Virus genome (UHGV): UHGV-0219368
DNA: 34,655 bases
Origin: a virus
Strand: one strand, 5' to 3'
Numbering within the stretch: position 1 is the stretch's first letter; every line of letters starts with the position of its first letter. A program made the translations under genes and the position numbers. Below the pieces are notes generated by a model. The model did no database searches, was not told where the DNA came from, and saw only the letters and a program-made list of their open reading frames with translations. Below are positions 8,610 to 15,690 of the stretch, one piece after another.

Positions 8610-8804
8610 ATGGATGCATTAGAAGTATTACAAAAAATTCAAGAGTTAAAGGAAATATACGGTGACATTGAAGTTATGGTGAAATCGAATAGTGAAGGCA
8701 ATGAATTTTTTAAGAAAATAATTGACGTTGATTTGCAAGCTGGAATGATTGACGAAGAAGGCGAATTTATTGATGAGAGAGTCATTTTAATTATTTGTGA
8801 GTAG
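8610..8804 (+). CDS. hypothetical small acidic early protein
   Basis: Track ORF. RBS AGGAGGA. Confidence 0.45.
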   Translation: MDALEVLQKIQELKEIYGDIEVMVKSNSEGNEFFKKIIDVDLQAGMIDEEGEFIDERVILIICE

Positions 8805-8816
8805 GAGAGAAAGTGA

Positions 8817-9041
8817 ATGATCTATATAAAAAATTTTATCCATGATTTTGATTCTTCAACAATTACCTTTGAAGTAGAACGTGAAGGGGTCACGAATCAT
8901 GTAGAAACTAGAGATACTGGTTATGGAACGACTTATACAGATATTAATGATTTTACTGAAGATTGGCCAGATTCTGAATACAATCAATTAGAAGAGTTTT
9001 TAAACGGTTGTCAAGAAATAGTGCATTCATTTTATCGTTGA
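8817..9041 (+). CDS. hypothetical small acidic early protein
   Basis: Track ORF. RBS GGAGAGAAAG. Confidence 0.4.
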   Translation: MIYIKNFIHDFDSSTITFEVEREGVTNHVETRDTGYGTTYTDINDFTEDWPDSEYNQLEEFLNGCQEIVHSFYR

Positions 9042-9093
9042 AAGATTATATCGTAGGTGTTGAAATTATTGATTTTGTAGAGGAGGAAGAAAA

Positions 9094-9552
9094 ATGATTC
9101 CCAAAATAGAAGTATGGTTGCACGATAATTCTGTTGGTTATCCTAGATGGTTTGAAATAGATTCAATTGATTATCTTGATAATACGTTTGATATAGTAGA
9201 TGAATTTGGAAATCCGCATGAGTTTTCTGGTAAAGGTCGTTTATTTAGAGTAAAAACTGAGGAGGAAAAACACATGAAATTTTACGAAATTAAAGAACCT
9301 TATTTTGCATTAATCGTTGCTGAGGATGAAAAACAATGTTTAAAACTTTACAAGGATATTTTTTGCGATGTAGAGGACGAAAAAGAGTTTTTGGATGATA
9401 TGAAAACAATTGATAAATACGAAGCGTTCAAAATGCTTGCTAAAAGTCGTATTGAAGATGGTGGAGAATTGGGTGCAGAAGAAGCTTTAAATCAGTTAGA
9501 AAATCTTGAAACAAATGGCGAAGTATTGCTGATTGATAGCGGTTTGTTGTAG
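9094..9552 (+). CDS. hypothetical early protein (152 aa)
   Basis: Track ORF. RBS GAGGAGGAAG. Confidence 0.5.
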   Translation: MIPKIEVWLHDNSVGYPRWFEIDSIDYLDNTFDIVDEFGNPHEFSGKGRLFRVKTEEEKHMKFYEIKEPYFALIVAEDEKQCLKLYKDIFCDVEDEKEFLDDMKTIDKYEAFKMLAKSRIEDGGELGAEEALNQLENLETNGEVLLIDSGLL

Positions 9553-9563
9553 GAGGATCAGCG

Positions 9564-10103
9564 ATGAATAAACAAGAATTGATTGAAGAGTTAGAATGTT
9601 TAGAAGTTTCTACAGATAGTGTTGATTATTTGAAAGGTGCTGACTATGCCAACGAAAGAGCAATTAATTTAGCAAAACAACTAGATGAACCGATAAAAGT
9701 TGTTGTTCCGAAGTTTGTTGCGGAATGGCTTGATAAACATAAGTATTCCACTGATATAATTGATCTCTTTTTAAGCGTTGAGTACGCAACTGATTCAGAT
9801 GGGTTTATTTCTGAAAAATGGGATTACAGTGGAGAATTTTATGATTGGTTGAATAATAGTGCAGATGTACAGTTTACGTTGTGCGACGCTATGAGGTATG
9901 GCTACGAAGTCGTGAAGGAACCATTATATCACGTTTTATTATCAGATAAAGGGGCGACCAACATAGGATATACTTTTTTAAATTTAGCGGGAACAATTGA
10001 TTTTAAGATATGTAAGGAAGAGGTAGATATGTTAACAGAACAAGAAATCAAAGCAATTGACGAGCGCTATTGGGCGTTTGCTGTGAAGGTGGAGGAAGCA
10101 TAG
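9564..10103 (+). CDS. hypothetical early protein (179 aa)
   Basis: Track ORF. RBS AGGAGGA. Confidence 0.5.
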   Translation: MNKQELIEELECLEVSTDSVDYLKGADYANERAINLAKQLDEPIKVVVPKFVAEWLDKHKYSTDIIDLFLSVEYATDSDGFISEKWDYSGEFYDWLNNSADVQFTLCDAMRYGYEVVKEPLYHVLLSDKGATNIGYTFLNLAGTIDFKICKEEVDMLTEQEIKAIDERYWAFAVKVEEA

Positions 10104-10346
10104 ATGGAAATTAAATTAAGTGTGTATTTGAAAAGCAGCAAAGTTATTTCTATGATTGAATCGAATCTAGATCAAGAAGCGGCGGAGCGCTGGGCGGATG
10201 AGATTTTAGAAAAGCTCTTAGAAGATGGAAGAGAATGGATTACAATCGGCGAACCGTGGTTAGGGTTGCTCATTCCTATCAAGGCTATTGAGTGTATAAG
10301 CTTTGAAGAGATAACGCAGACCAAACTAGCTGATTTTTGCAACTAA
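10104..10346 (+). CDS. hypothetical small acidic protein
   Basis: Track ORF. RBS GGAGGAAG. Confidence 0.45.
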   Translation: MEIKLSVYLKSSKVISMIESNLDQEAAERWADEILEKLLEDGREWITIGEPWLGLLIPIKAIECISFEEITQTKLADFCN

Positions 10347-10478
10347 CAAAAAAAAAGCCAACCGACCACTGGTTGACTAAGAAGAATATTTTACCAGAAA
10401 AGTGGTAGCTTGTGATATGTGAGGTTACTTTGCCCCAAACATTGGTCACAATAAAAATATTTTATCATAAATAGAAAA

Positions 10479-10507
10479 ACTCAACTAGTTTTTTCTAGTC
10501 GAGTTTT
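10479..10507 (+). terminator. hairpin ACTCAACTAG-tttttt-CTAGTCGAGT followed by TTT; terminator or operator between the early genes and arpU
   Basis: Seen directly. One A/C mismatch in a 10-bp stem. A further ACTCAA...TTGAGT inverted repeat lies at 10520-10537. Confidence 0.4.
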
Positions 10508-10660
10508 CCAGATGACATCACTCAAGATGAATTGAGTTGTCCATATTATATCATGATGAAATATGAAATTTCAATAAGAGTAAATAAAAAAAGCCGGATT
10601 GCTCCGACTGTGAGTAATATTTTCGACATAGTTATTATACCACAAAAGGAGCGATTTCAC

Positions 10661-11077
10661 TTGATTAAATTGCTAAAAGAAGTAGATTTTCGACAAACAA
10701 AAGCGAATGCCAGAAATGTGTTGAAGAATTTTAGACGTTTAGAGCGAATAGCTGGTCGCTCTTTGATAGATTTAAAATCACCAATTATTACAGATATGCC
10801 TAAAAGCCAAAGTCATGGGAACAAAGCAGAAGATGCGCTAGTACAATTAGCAGATGCAGAAGCAGAAAGAGACGCAATTTTATCTGCGCTTATGGCATTA
10901 AGCCTAACTAGCAGACAAATTTTGCATTATAGTTTCTGTGTGCAGGACCATTACTCTAATTACAAGATAGCTAGGGAAGTTGGATATTCCGAAAGAAGTA
11001 TTCAACGAATGAAATCAGAGGCTCTAATTGAATTTGCCGAAGCGTATCGAAATGGAAAAATAATTGCATATAAATAA
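10661..11077 (+). CDS. arpU: ArpU-family phage late transcriptional regulator (sigma-region-4-like HTH)
   Basis: Track ORF 10532..11077. AAAGGAG at 10645-10651 with a 9-nt spacer supports the TTG start at 10661 (LIKLLKEVDFRQTKANARNVLKNFRRLERIAG...). C-terminal ...ILHYSFCVQDHYSNYKIAREVGYSERSIQRMKSEALIEFAEAY is HTH-like. Sits in the canonical slot before the packaging genes. Confidence 0.7.
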   Translation: MIKLLKEVDFRQTKANARNVLKNFRRLERIAGRSLIDLKSPIITDMPKSQSHGNKAEDALVQLADAEAERDAILSALMALSLTSRQILHYSFCVQDHYSNYKIAREVGYSERSIQRMKSEALIEFAEAYRNGKIIAYK

Positions 11078-11080
11078 AAT

Positions 11081-11113
11081 TTTTGGCGGTTTTTTGGCGG
11101 AAAGTTGGCGGTT
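11081..11113 (+). repeat. three direct TTGGCGG(TT) repeats with exact 11-bp periodicity (GGCGG at 11085, 11096, 11107)
   Basis: Seen directly, immediately after the arpU stop. There is no complementary partner, so this is not a hairpin. Confidence 0.6.
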
Positions 11114-11455
11114 TTTATTAATATTTAGATGTTATTATGGTAGTGTCGAAAGATAAGGAGACGAGGGTAAGGCATGCATTACCTTTCTTAGCTCCGTTTC
11201 CTTTATCTTTTGAGGCTACCTATAAAAAATAAAGAATAAGGATGTGGAAAGTCCAGTTCTTTCTGTCTCGTTTAGTCTAGGTAGCAAATATTGCAATACA
11301 CTTGGCATTAAGCTTACACGTAGACGTACGCCGAAAGCACTTGTCAAGATAGCGCTATGTAGTTTGCAATGATCACTCACAAATCAGACGTTCTCAAACT
11401 AAAAGAAATGAGGTGTAATTCCTCTCTCTTTTTTCTACAGGTTTGTGAGTGTTAA

Positions 11456-11527
11456 TGGGATATAGCTTAACTGGTAGAGCAGTGGTCTCCAAAACCGTCG
11501 GTATAGGTTCGACTCCTATTGTTCCAG
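11456..11527 (+). tRNA. tRNA-Trp (anticodon CCA)-like gene; U1-A72 first pair; no encoded CCA
   Basis: Hand-folded. Acceptor TGGGATA/TGTTCCA (two G-U pairs). D-arm GCTT-AACTGGTA-GAGC. Anticodon arm GTGGT-CTCCAAA-ACCGT. Variable loop CGGT. T-arm ATAGG-TTCGACT-CCTAT. Discriminator G. Layout parallels Bacillus tRNA-Trp by recall. The track ORF 11449..11637 is therefore spurious. Confidence 0.65.
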
Positions 11528-11592
11528 TAAGTAGCTTTTGCTGCTTAAATAAAATTAGGATCGTCAATAGATGTTTCTACTACATTCATTAT

Positions 11593-11622
11593 GAGACACT
11601 AGCAAGCTGGTGTCTCTTTTTT
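11593..11622 (+). terminator. rho-independent terminator after the tRNA-Trp
   Basis: Stem GAGACAC / GTGTCTC followed by T6. Confidence 0.65.
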
Positions 11623-11643
11623 ATTTGTAAGTATTAGTTACAC

Positions 11644-11672
11644 TTGACCGAACGTTCGTTCTCGTTTATAAT
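11644..11672 (+). promoter_or_regulatory. consensus sigma-A promoter TTGACC-N17-TATAAT; the spacer holds a perfect 10-bp palindrome CGAACGTTCG (putative operator)
   Basis: Seen directly. Confidence 0.55.
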
Positions 11673-11744
11673 ATAAATTGTAATCCTTATGATTATATCT
11701 ACTAGAAAGAAGTCAAGAAAAATGCTTGTTTTTCTGTCTTCTTT

Positions 11745-11772
11745 TTGATTTAATTATTTTAGTAGGTATAAT
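11745..11772 (+). promoter_or_regulatory. second promoter-like element TTGATT-N16-TATAAT just upstream of the cassette RBS
   Basis: Seen directly. RBS AAGGAG at 11779-11784, ATG at 11794. Confidence 0.4.
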
Positions 11773-11793
11773 TAAATAAGGAGTGTTTATTAA

Positions 11794-12717
11794 ATGGTAA
11801 ACAAGAAGAGACAAGTAAGATTTGAATTTTTCCAGGTCAATGGAAAAGCTCAAGAAGGAGAAAAAATTGTAAAAGGACTTTTCGATCTATATCCATTAGC
11901 TGATAGGATAAATAGTATAAGTAACTATACTGATAGAGATGTTATTCTTTTTGGGGAAAAAGTTAGAATGGACAGATTTTTTGAGGTTTCTAGTAGTCCA
12001 GAATTATATGCAATGCATTTTACTAGATTAAGAAATGATAAACCTGCGTATGTAGAATTAAATAATGAAGTTTTGAAAGAAATTCCGTTAAATCCTGGAG
12101 AATATATTGCTGAGGATATTAGTTGCTTGTATGATAGAGAGCTATCTGTTTTAATGGTACAAAGAAATATTCATAGTTTGTCACCTTCAGGTATTGAAGA
12201 TTATTTTACTGAAATGAGTGATGATTTAGTAGAGATTGAATTATTGCCAGTTGTAAATAAAGAGATTATTAGTAAAGCCTTAGCTAATGAAAAATTTCGT
12301 AAACTAGAGTTAAGAGCAGGTTCTATGAATACAACTAGTGATAGAAGTGGATTGAGAAAAGTATTAGGTCCTTTTATGGAACTATTTGAGAAATTTGAAG
12401 GTACAAATTTTGTTATAGAAATTAGTTCAGGGAGATCAAAAAAAGATTTATCAGAAGATCAAATGAAAGAAGTAATAACAGCAATTGAACAAGATAAGAG
12501 TTTATTTAGTTCAGCAATTGTTTCAGCAAAAAAATCAAAAGAGGTACCTGTTGAAAAGTATGATTTAATAAATGGAAAGCTCTATGTGTATCGTTCTTTT
12601 GATTTGCCAGATGGTGCATTTTTAAAATCAGATAGTGTTATAGACAATATTAAAAATTATTATTTTCATCCTAATGAAGGTGGGTATAGAAAACAAATTA
12701 TCGATGCTGTAAAATAG
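11794..12717 (+). CDS. hypothetical soluble protein (307 aa), first gene of the AT-rich accessory cassette
   Basis: Strong RBS. No recognisable catalytic motif (no Walker, HNH, GS-DxD or Cys clusters). Visibly AT-rich codon usage compared with the flanking phage genes. Confidence 0.6.
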   Translation: MVNKKRQVRFEFFQVNGKAQEGEKIVKGLFDLYPLADRINSISNYTDRDVILFGEKVRMDRFFEVSSSPELYAMHFTRLRNDKPAYVELNNEVLKEIPLNPGEYIAEDISCLYDRELSVLMVQRNIHSLSPSGIEDYFTEMSDDLVEIELLPVVNKEIISKALANEKFRKLELRAGSMNTTSDRSGLRKVLGPFMELFEKFEGTNFVIEISSGRSKKDLSEDQMKEVITAIEQDKSLFSSAIVSAKKSKEVPVEKYDLINGKLYVYRSFDLPDGAFLKSDSVIDNIKNYYFHPNEGGYRKQIIDAVK

Positions 12718-12741
12718 TTTAAAGAAGAGGGGTGAGATATC

Positions 12742-13212
12742 ATGAACAAGGAACATCATATATTTTTTTGGATTTTTCCATTTTTAACTGGTGCTGTATT
12801 TGTCTTGATATGTTCGTTAACCCAATTTTCTTATAATGACAAAGGGTTTGATAACTTATTAGATTCTATGATTAATTTTACTTCAATCATTATAGGTTTC
12901 TATTCGGCTTTTTATGGAATTCTTATAACTATAAAAGATACTAGTTTTATGAAGAATATACGAGGATCTGCTATAGAAAAAAAATTAAAATATCAACTCT
13001 TTATATCTTTATTAAGTGCATTTACTACTTTGATACTATCAATGATGCTCCAAATATTTCAGTATAAAGAGACCTTTGCTTCAATCCTAATATTTTATAT
13101 ATGGACATTTTTCTCAGGGCTGTTTATGGCGTTGTCTTTACAGACTATTATTTTGAGTTTAGAAATAGTTTTTGAATCTGAACCAAAAAAGAAAAGGTTC
13201 ATTAATAAATAA
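12742..13212 (+). CDS. small integral membrane protein with four predicted TM helices (156 aa)
   Basis: RBS GAGGGGTGAG. Hydrophobic segments at about aa 7-26, 44-64, 85-105 and 114-139. C-terminal KKKRFINK. Confidence 0.6.
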   Translation: MNKEHHIFFWIFPFLTGAVFVLICSLTQFSYNDKGFDNLLDSMINFTSIIIGFYSAFYGILITIKDTSFMKNIRGSAIEKKLKYQLFISLLSAFTTLILSMMLQIFQYKETFASILIFYIWTFFSGLFMALSLQTIILSLEIVFESEPKKKRFINK

Positions 13213-13269
13213 GAACAGTTATTTTTTAATCAATGGCATGCAGATTCAACTCCTGCCACGTCGATATAA

Positions 13270-13297
13270 AGATCACTCAGTAAGTGGTCTTTTTTTC
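13270..13297 (+). terminator. rho-independent terminator ending the two-gene unit
   Basis: Stem AGATCACT / AGTGGTCT (one G-U), loop CAGTA, T7. Confidence 0.6.
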
Positions 13298-13310
13298 GTA
13301 CATAAAAAAA

Positions 13311-13334
13311 CCACTAGACTATGGGATCTAGTGG
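13311..13334 (+). repeat. perfect 8-bp inverted repeat CCACTAGA-n8-TCTAGTGG (copy 1 of a repeated ~30-bp unit CATRAAAAA-CCACYAGA...TCTAGTGGC)
   Basis: Seen directly. Confidence 0.45.
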
Positions 13335-13469
13335 CTAGGTAGCGTTAGTGAAAATCTCGTGTCACTTGTAGTTTATGAACTTTAGCTATTATGAAAGAGT
13401 GCTACCTAAAACAAGTGTAACATAGCTGTCAAGTTTTGTCGGATATTTGGATTGTTTTCGCATGAAAAA

Positions 13470-13492
13470 CCACCAGATAAAATATCTAGTGG
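13470..13492 (+). repeat. copy 2 of the same hairpin unit (CCACCAGA-n7-TCTAGTGG), preceded by CATGAAAAA
   Basis: Seen directly. Confidence 0.45.
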
Positions 13493-13635
13493 CCAGACAG
13501 CAGATTATGTTTTGAAATAACTGGAAGTGTTACATGAAGCAAAAAGGAGTTGCTGTCTTTCAATGAGTATAACAGGGATTAAAGTGTTTGTCTTACAATA
13601 AACAAATATACATAAAAACAATTAGGAGAGAGAAC

Positions 13636-13869
13636 ATGAAAAGCTATTGGTAGGTATCGTTAACACATGAATATCCACATCCGAAGCACTCAACTGTTTC
13701 AATGCGTGTTGTAATGTCTGTGCAGATAAAAAAGAATGCATCTATTTTTGAAATGACGAGAGAAGCCACGCCAAAGGAAATTGATGATTGTAAGCTTGTT
13801 TATTGTGGGCATGGTTTCTTTGATGAAGCAGACATTCAAAATAATATTAACAAGAATTTGATGGATTAG
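13636..13869 (+). pseudogene. 77-codon ORF with strong RBS (AGGAGAG) interrupted by an in-frame TAG at codon 6 (MKSYW*VSLTHEYPHP...KLVYCGHGFFDEADIQNNINKNLMD)
   Basis: Seen directly. ATG 13636, TAG 13651-13653, frame open to TAG 13867-13869. Confidence 0.3.
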
Positions 13870-13925
13870 AATGCAAATTGAATTAATTTTCTGATTTAAA
13901 AATATTGATTGAGGATAATCTTAAG

Positions 13926-13954
13926 TTGAAAGATATCGATAGTTAGTAGATAAT
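13926..13954 (+). promoter_or_regulatory. promoter-like TTGAAA-N17-GATAAT upstream of the third cassette gene
   Basis: Seen directly. RBS GAGGTG before ATG 13981. Confidence 0.35.
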
Positions 13955-13980
13955 TAAAATAAAACTATCGAGGTGCAAAA

Positions 13981-14793
13981 ATGTTAGAAGCTTTATTTTG
14001 GGATCACAACGGGGATTTTCAGTCGGCAACTGCAGCTGCTGCAGTTGCTCTTATAGGAGCTATAATTTCAGCTGTATTTTCTTGGTTAAGCTATAAAAAT
14101 TCTGTGAAGACTGCCGAAAGACAATATATAATGGAACAAAAGAAAATTGATGCCAATTTAAAAGCAAAGGCAAGGATAGAATGGATAATTGGCGTAAGAG
14201 ATAAAACATCAGAACTTGTTTCTTTGCTGCTTTCGTTACAAAAGGAAAAAACTGTTTTCTATGAGCAATGGTTGGAAATTGAAAAGGTATCTGAGCTATT
14301 AAAATTATATTTTAATTCAAAAATGAATAAAAAAGTTAATTCAGAAATATACATTGAACAAAATAAAATAATTATTTCTGAGACTGCTACATCTATAGTT
14401 TTAAAAGAAAATAACAATATTAATAAACACGCATATATAAAAAAATACATTGAGTGTTTAGTTGAATTGTATAAAGATGACAACTATAAAAATATTTCAA
14501 ATAAAATAAGATTTTATCATGATTCAATAAATAAATTGTATGAAGATAATTTTGAATATTGGATGTCACATGAGCAATCAGAATTAGAGAAAATTAAGAA
14601 CACACCACCAGAAAAATTAGAAGGTGAAGATTATGATTATGTGGCTGCAGAGAAGAATATTGAGCATTATCAAAGAAAAATAAAAGATATAGAAGTTAGT
14701 TTAACAAACTATCATAAAGCTATTGATTTCTTTACAACAGTTATATCCTTATATTTAAAAATAGAATGGGATAAAGCCAAAGAAGGCCAGTAA
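13981..14793 (+). CDS. N-terminally membrane-anchored (single TM, about aa 17-36) alpha-helical protein, 270 aa, extremely AT-rich
   Basis: Track ORF. AAAAVALIGAIISAVFSWLSY is a TM helix. The rest is K/E/N-rich and helical. Confidence 0.6.
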   Translation: MLEALFWDHNGDFQSATAAAAVALIGAIISAVFSWLSYKNSVKTAERQYIMEQKKIDANLKAKARIEWIIGVRDKTSELVSLLLSLQKEKTVFYEQWLEIEKVSELLKLYFNSKMNKKVNSEIYIEQNKIIISETATSIVLKENNNINKHAYIKKYIECLVELYKDDNYKNISNKIRFYHDSINKLYEDNFEYWMSHEQSELEKIKNTPPEKLEGEDYDYVAAEKNIEHYQRKIKDIEVSLTNYHKAIDFFTTVISLYLKIEWDKAKEGQ

Positions 14794-14958
14794 CAGTATT
14801 GTAAATTACTCAATTTAATTAGGCATTTATAGGATAGTTGAAAGCAGTTAAGCTAATATATGGTACTGTAAGTTAAATTAAAGTTTGCTGAGATACTTTT
14901 TTTTCGATTTGTCATACGCTATACTTAAATTCATAACGTTGATTTTAATAACAAATTT

Positions 14959-15153
14959 ATGAACGGAGATGTCGATATGTCAAGAGCTTTTGAAGATGAA
15001 CAAGATAAACAAGCTAGAATGGAAGCAGCAAGAAAGTATTATAATGGTGAACAAAAATGTGATAACTGTGGACATTTATTTTACCCAAATGAAAATGATC
15101 CTGAACAATTTGTATGCGATAAGTGTATTGAACATGCAATGAACCGAGATTGA
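14959..15153 (+). CDS. small Zn-ribbon protein (CDNCGH...CDKCIEH)
   Basis: Track ORF. RBS ACGGAGATG. Confidence 0.5.
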   Translation: MNGDVDMSRAFEDEQDKQARMEAARKYYNGEQKCDNCGHLFYPNENDPEQFVCDKCIEHAMNRD

Positions 15154-15228
15154 GTATTATACTTGGAAAGACTGCTTATTTGAATAGTAGTCTTTTTTTA
15201 TACATAAAATTATACTGGAGGTGAGGTC

Positions 15229-15690
15229 ATGGCAAAGTACACAGAGTGGATTTCTGAAGAAGGATTAATAAAAATAGGTGGATGGGCTAAAGACGGCCTC
15301 ACCGATGAACAGATAGCACAAAATATTGGAATAAGTCGTTCTACGTTAAATGAATGGAAAAAACGATTTCCGGACATTAAGGACACCATAAAAAGAGGTA
15401 AAGAAGTTGTAGACCGCCAAGTGGAAAATGCATTGTTTAAAAGTGCGGTGGGTTACGAATACACTGAAATTACTAAAGAGTTAACTGACTCAGGCATGAA
15501 AGTAACTAAACGAGTAACAAAACAAGTGGCCCCTAACCCAACATCTGCTATTTTCTGGTTGAAAAATAGAAAACCAGATGAGTGGAGAGATAAGAAAGAA
15601 ACTCAAGTTTCTGGTGAAATGTCTGTTAACAATCCTTTTGCTGGTTTGTCTGAAAAAGAATTAAGAAAGTTAGCTGAAAGTGATGAATAA
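15229..15690 (+). CDS. terS: terminase small subunit (HTH)
   Basis: RBS GGAGGTGAGG. LTDEQIAQNIGISRSTLNEWKKRFP is an HTH. Lies immediately upstream of, and overlapping, terL. Confidence 0.7.
   Translation: MAKYTEWISEEGLIKIGGWAKDGLTDEQIAQNIGISRSTLNEWKKRFPDIKDTIKRGKEVVDRQVENALFKSAVGYEYTEITKELTDSGMKVTKRVTKQVAPNPTSAIFWLKNRKPDEWRDKKETQVSGEMSVNNPFAGLSEKELRKLAESDE

Noticed and set aside
11081-11113. TTGGCGG repeats as a rho-independent terminator for arpU
   Set aside because: There is no complementary CCGCCAA strand to form a stem. These are direct repeats, not inverted.
11449-11637. Track ORF 11449..11637 (62 aa)
   Set aside because: It is a translation across the tRNA-Trp-like gene and its terminator. 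It has a GTG start and no RBS.
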